A stretch of DNA of 63,902 nt, counting the filler, from Octopus bimaculoides (Eukaryota): assembly GCF_001194135.2 (NCBI RefSeq). It is 4 parts of 4 records of this genome, joined end to end, with 100 filler letters (N's around TTAATTAATTAA, not from the genome) between each part and the next. Parts side by side here need not be neighbours in the genome. Positions count along the whole stretch, not along the records: positions 60,638 to 63,902 come from NC_068982.1; 3 more parts are not named here. One strand, given 5' to 3'. Position 1 is the stretch's first letter. Every line of letters begins with the position of its first letter. Positions 61,691 through 63,902 of this stretch are shown one piece after another. Under the pieces are notes generated by a model. It was not told the origin of the DNA. It ran no database searches and saw only the letters and a list, made by a program, of their open reading frames with translations. A program made the position numbers and the translations under genes.

Positions 61691-63586
61691 CTGAGCAAAT
61701 TGCTCAGCAAGAAGTTGTGGAACCTTTATCAGTAGATAACGACAGAAGAGTCCTCTAGACATTTGAAAGAATGTTTGAGACACTCTCCTATCGTAAAGAA
61801 AGAAAGAAGCAAAAGAAAAAAACATTTATGATATCGATGCCACTATATTTTGGTGAATGGCATAATAACACTGTGTAACACGATCTTTGTCCTTGGGTAG
61901 CGACTGTTATTTCCTATTTGCTTACCCCTAGAAACTATAAAAAAAAAATGGCTAATATTTCCTTCAAAGTTTGCTTTTGCTATATTTATTCAAACCCCTG
62001 AGAATCCCTCTCAACACATGACTATGATGCCCCCACTACTCCTGCTCATGATCAGAGCTGCACATATTGTCAGCCACTAAGAAACATGCTCAAGTAGTTA
62101 AGGTCAAGCAACTGACAAACAAATCTGTGGTATTGAGCGGAATATTTGCTATAATGATATTCCTGCTTCAGCAGCTCAGCACCGAATCTATCAGAAATGT
62201 AATGGAAAATAGGTCAGTTTCAAAACGTTGATATCCCGGACACAAAAGCAAAGTTTGAAGGGAATAATAGTCATTTCTTTTGATTTCTAGAAATACCAAA
62301 AAAAAAAAAAAATGTTTTTTTTTTTTTCACAGTGTAATTATAAATCAAGTACTAAACTACTAGAACTGCTATTGTTGTCCTAGATACGTGAAAGGCGACT
62401 TGTAACTCTCGAGTTCCCCAGTGACTGAGTTTCTACAACATTGCTATTATCTCTTTTAATATATTTTCTCTTCTACAAATGAAAGCATGGATGTGAGGTT
62501 AAGAAGCTCGCTTTGCAACCATGTGGTTTTCGGGTTCAGTCCNNNNNNNNNNNNNNNNNNNNNNNNNNNNNNNNNNNNNNNNNNNNNNNNNNNNNNNNNN
62601 NNNNNNNNNNNNNNNNNNNNNNNNNNNNNNNNNNNNNNNNNNNNNNNNNNNNNNNNNNNNNNNNNNNNNNNNNNNNNNNNNNNNNNNNNNNNNNNNNNNN
62701 NNNNNNNNNNNNNNNNNNNNNNNNNNNNNNNNNNNNNNNNNNNNNNNNNNNNNNNNNNNNNNNNNNNNNNNNNNNNNNNNNNNNNNNNNNNNNNNNNNNN
62801 NNNNNNNNNNNNNNNNNNNNNNNNNNNNNNNNNNNNNNNNNNNNNNNNNNNNNNNNNNNNNNNNNNNNNNNNNNNNNNNNNNNNNNNNNNNNNNNNNNNN
62901 NNNNNNNNNNNNNNNNNNNNNNNNNNNNNNNNNNNNNNNNNNNNNNNNNNNNNNNNNNNNNNNNNNNNNNNNNNNNNNNNNNNNNNNNNNNNNNNNNNNN
63001 NNNNNNNNNNNNNNNNNNNNNNNNNNNNNNNNNNNNNNNNNNNNNNNNNNNNNNNNNNNNNNNNNNNNNNNNNNNNNNNNNNNNNNNNNNNNNNNNNNNN
63101 NNNNNNNNNNNNNNNNNNNNNNNNNNNNNNNNNNNNNNNNNNNNNNNNNNNNNNNNNNNNNNNNNNNNNNNNNNNNNNNNNNNNNNNNNNNNNNNNNNNN
63201 NNNNNNNNNNNNNNNNNNNNNNNNNNNNNNNNNNNNNNNNNNNNNNNNNNNNNNNNNNNNNNNNNNNNNNNNNNNNNNNNNNNNNNNNNNNNNNNNNNNN
63301 NNNNNNNNNNNNNNNNNNNNNNNNNNNNNNNNNNNNNNTGTGTGTGTGTGTGTGCGCGTGTGCGTGTGTATGCGCGCGAACAAGAGACATAATGAGAACA
63401 GAAAAACTTCCAATACTTTTTCAACGGCCATTAATGTGTCGCTAGTAAAGTTAGACAAATGAAAAGATTTTCATTGTAGCAAAAGTGTTACCATTTTTTT
63501 GTTTAGTTACCATCAGAGCTTGCATTAGTGCATACAGTGCATTTGCTGTTCAAACGTTTATGTATATATATGTATATATATATATA

Positions 63587-63862
63587 ACATTAGATATGAA
63601 GAATAAAACATATAGACCATACCACAAACCCCTAACAAACCTACAGTATATAAGTAAATCAAGTAACCATCCTAGGGCTATAATAGAAAATCTAGTAAAA
63701 AATATATCTTTAATACTCTCCAAACTATCTGCTAACAATAGGGTATTTAATAATGAAGCTAATTTCTATAATGCAGCACTAAATAAGGCAGGATATAAAG
63801 AAAGGGTCTCCTATATTGAAAATGGTAGCAAAGGAATTGAAACAACTGACAACAACAACAAC

Positions 63863-63902
<40 letters not shown>
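63587..63902 (+). mobile_element. Penelope-like element RT thumb/linker fragment, open to the window end
   Basis: TLDMKNKTYRPYHKPLTNLQYISKSSNHPRAIIENL...FNNEANFYNAALNKAGY matches the Y.PY.KP...SNHP...Y..AL..SGY signature; continues in frame into poly-Asn. Confidence 0.85.

Noticed and set aside
507-63462. Numerous ORF-track entries rich in YI, HT, CV, ER or X
   Set aside because: These are translations of microsatellites and N-gaps.

Overview
A 63.9-kb, AT-rich, gap-containing animal genomic window that is almost entirely transposable-element debris and microsatellites. The repeat families and the TTAATTAATTAA gap spacers suggest an octopod cephalopod draft assembly; this is an inference. 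No host protein-coding gene could be supported. It contains three degenerate Ty3/Gypsy LTR elements, all on the minus strand and each with a poly-Q Gag N-terminus. It also contains five pieces of a Tx1/L1-type LINE family (ORF1 with CCHC knuckle; APE + RT ORF2), several REL-endonuclease LINE fragments (R4/Dong-like, one HERO-like), and RTE, CR1 and Penelope fragments. DNA-transposon content comprises two Tc1 fragments, a hAT end, piggyBac-type and other MITEs, and tandem Helitron-like termini, alongside many tRNA-derived SINEs. The most notable observations are: (1) a complete minimal type-I hammerhead ribozyme fold at 1850-1944; (2) the same LTR head driving a Gypsy gag at one site and a LINE-type ORF1 at two others; (3) a 286-bp insertion with a 13-bp TSD that is mostly a 108-bp-arm hairpin; (4) a tRNA-like unit between 81-bp direct repeats. 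All alignments and folds were done by eye; no database searches were run.
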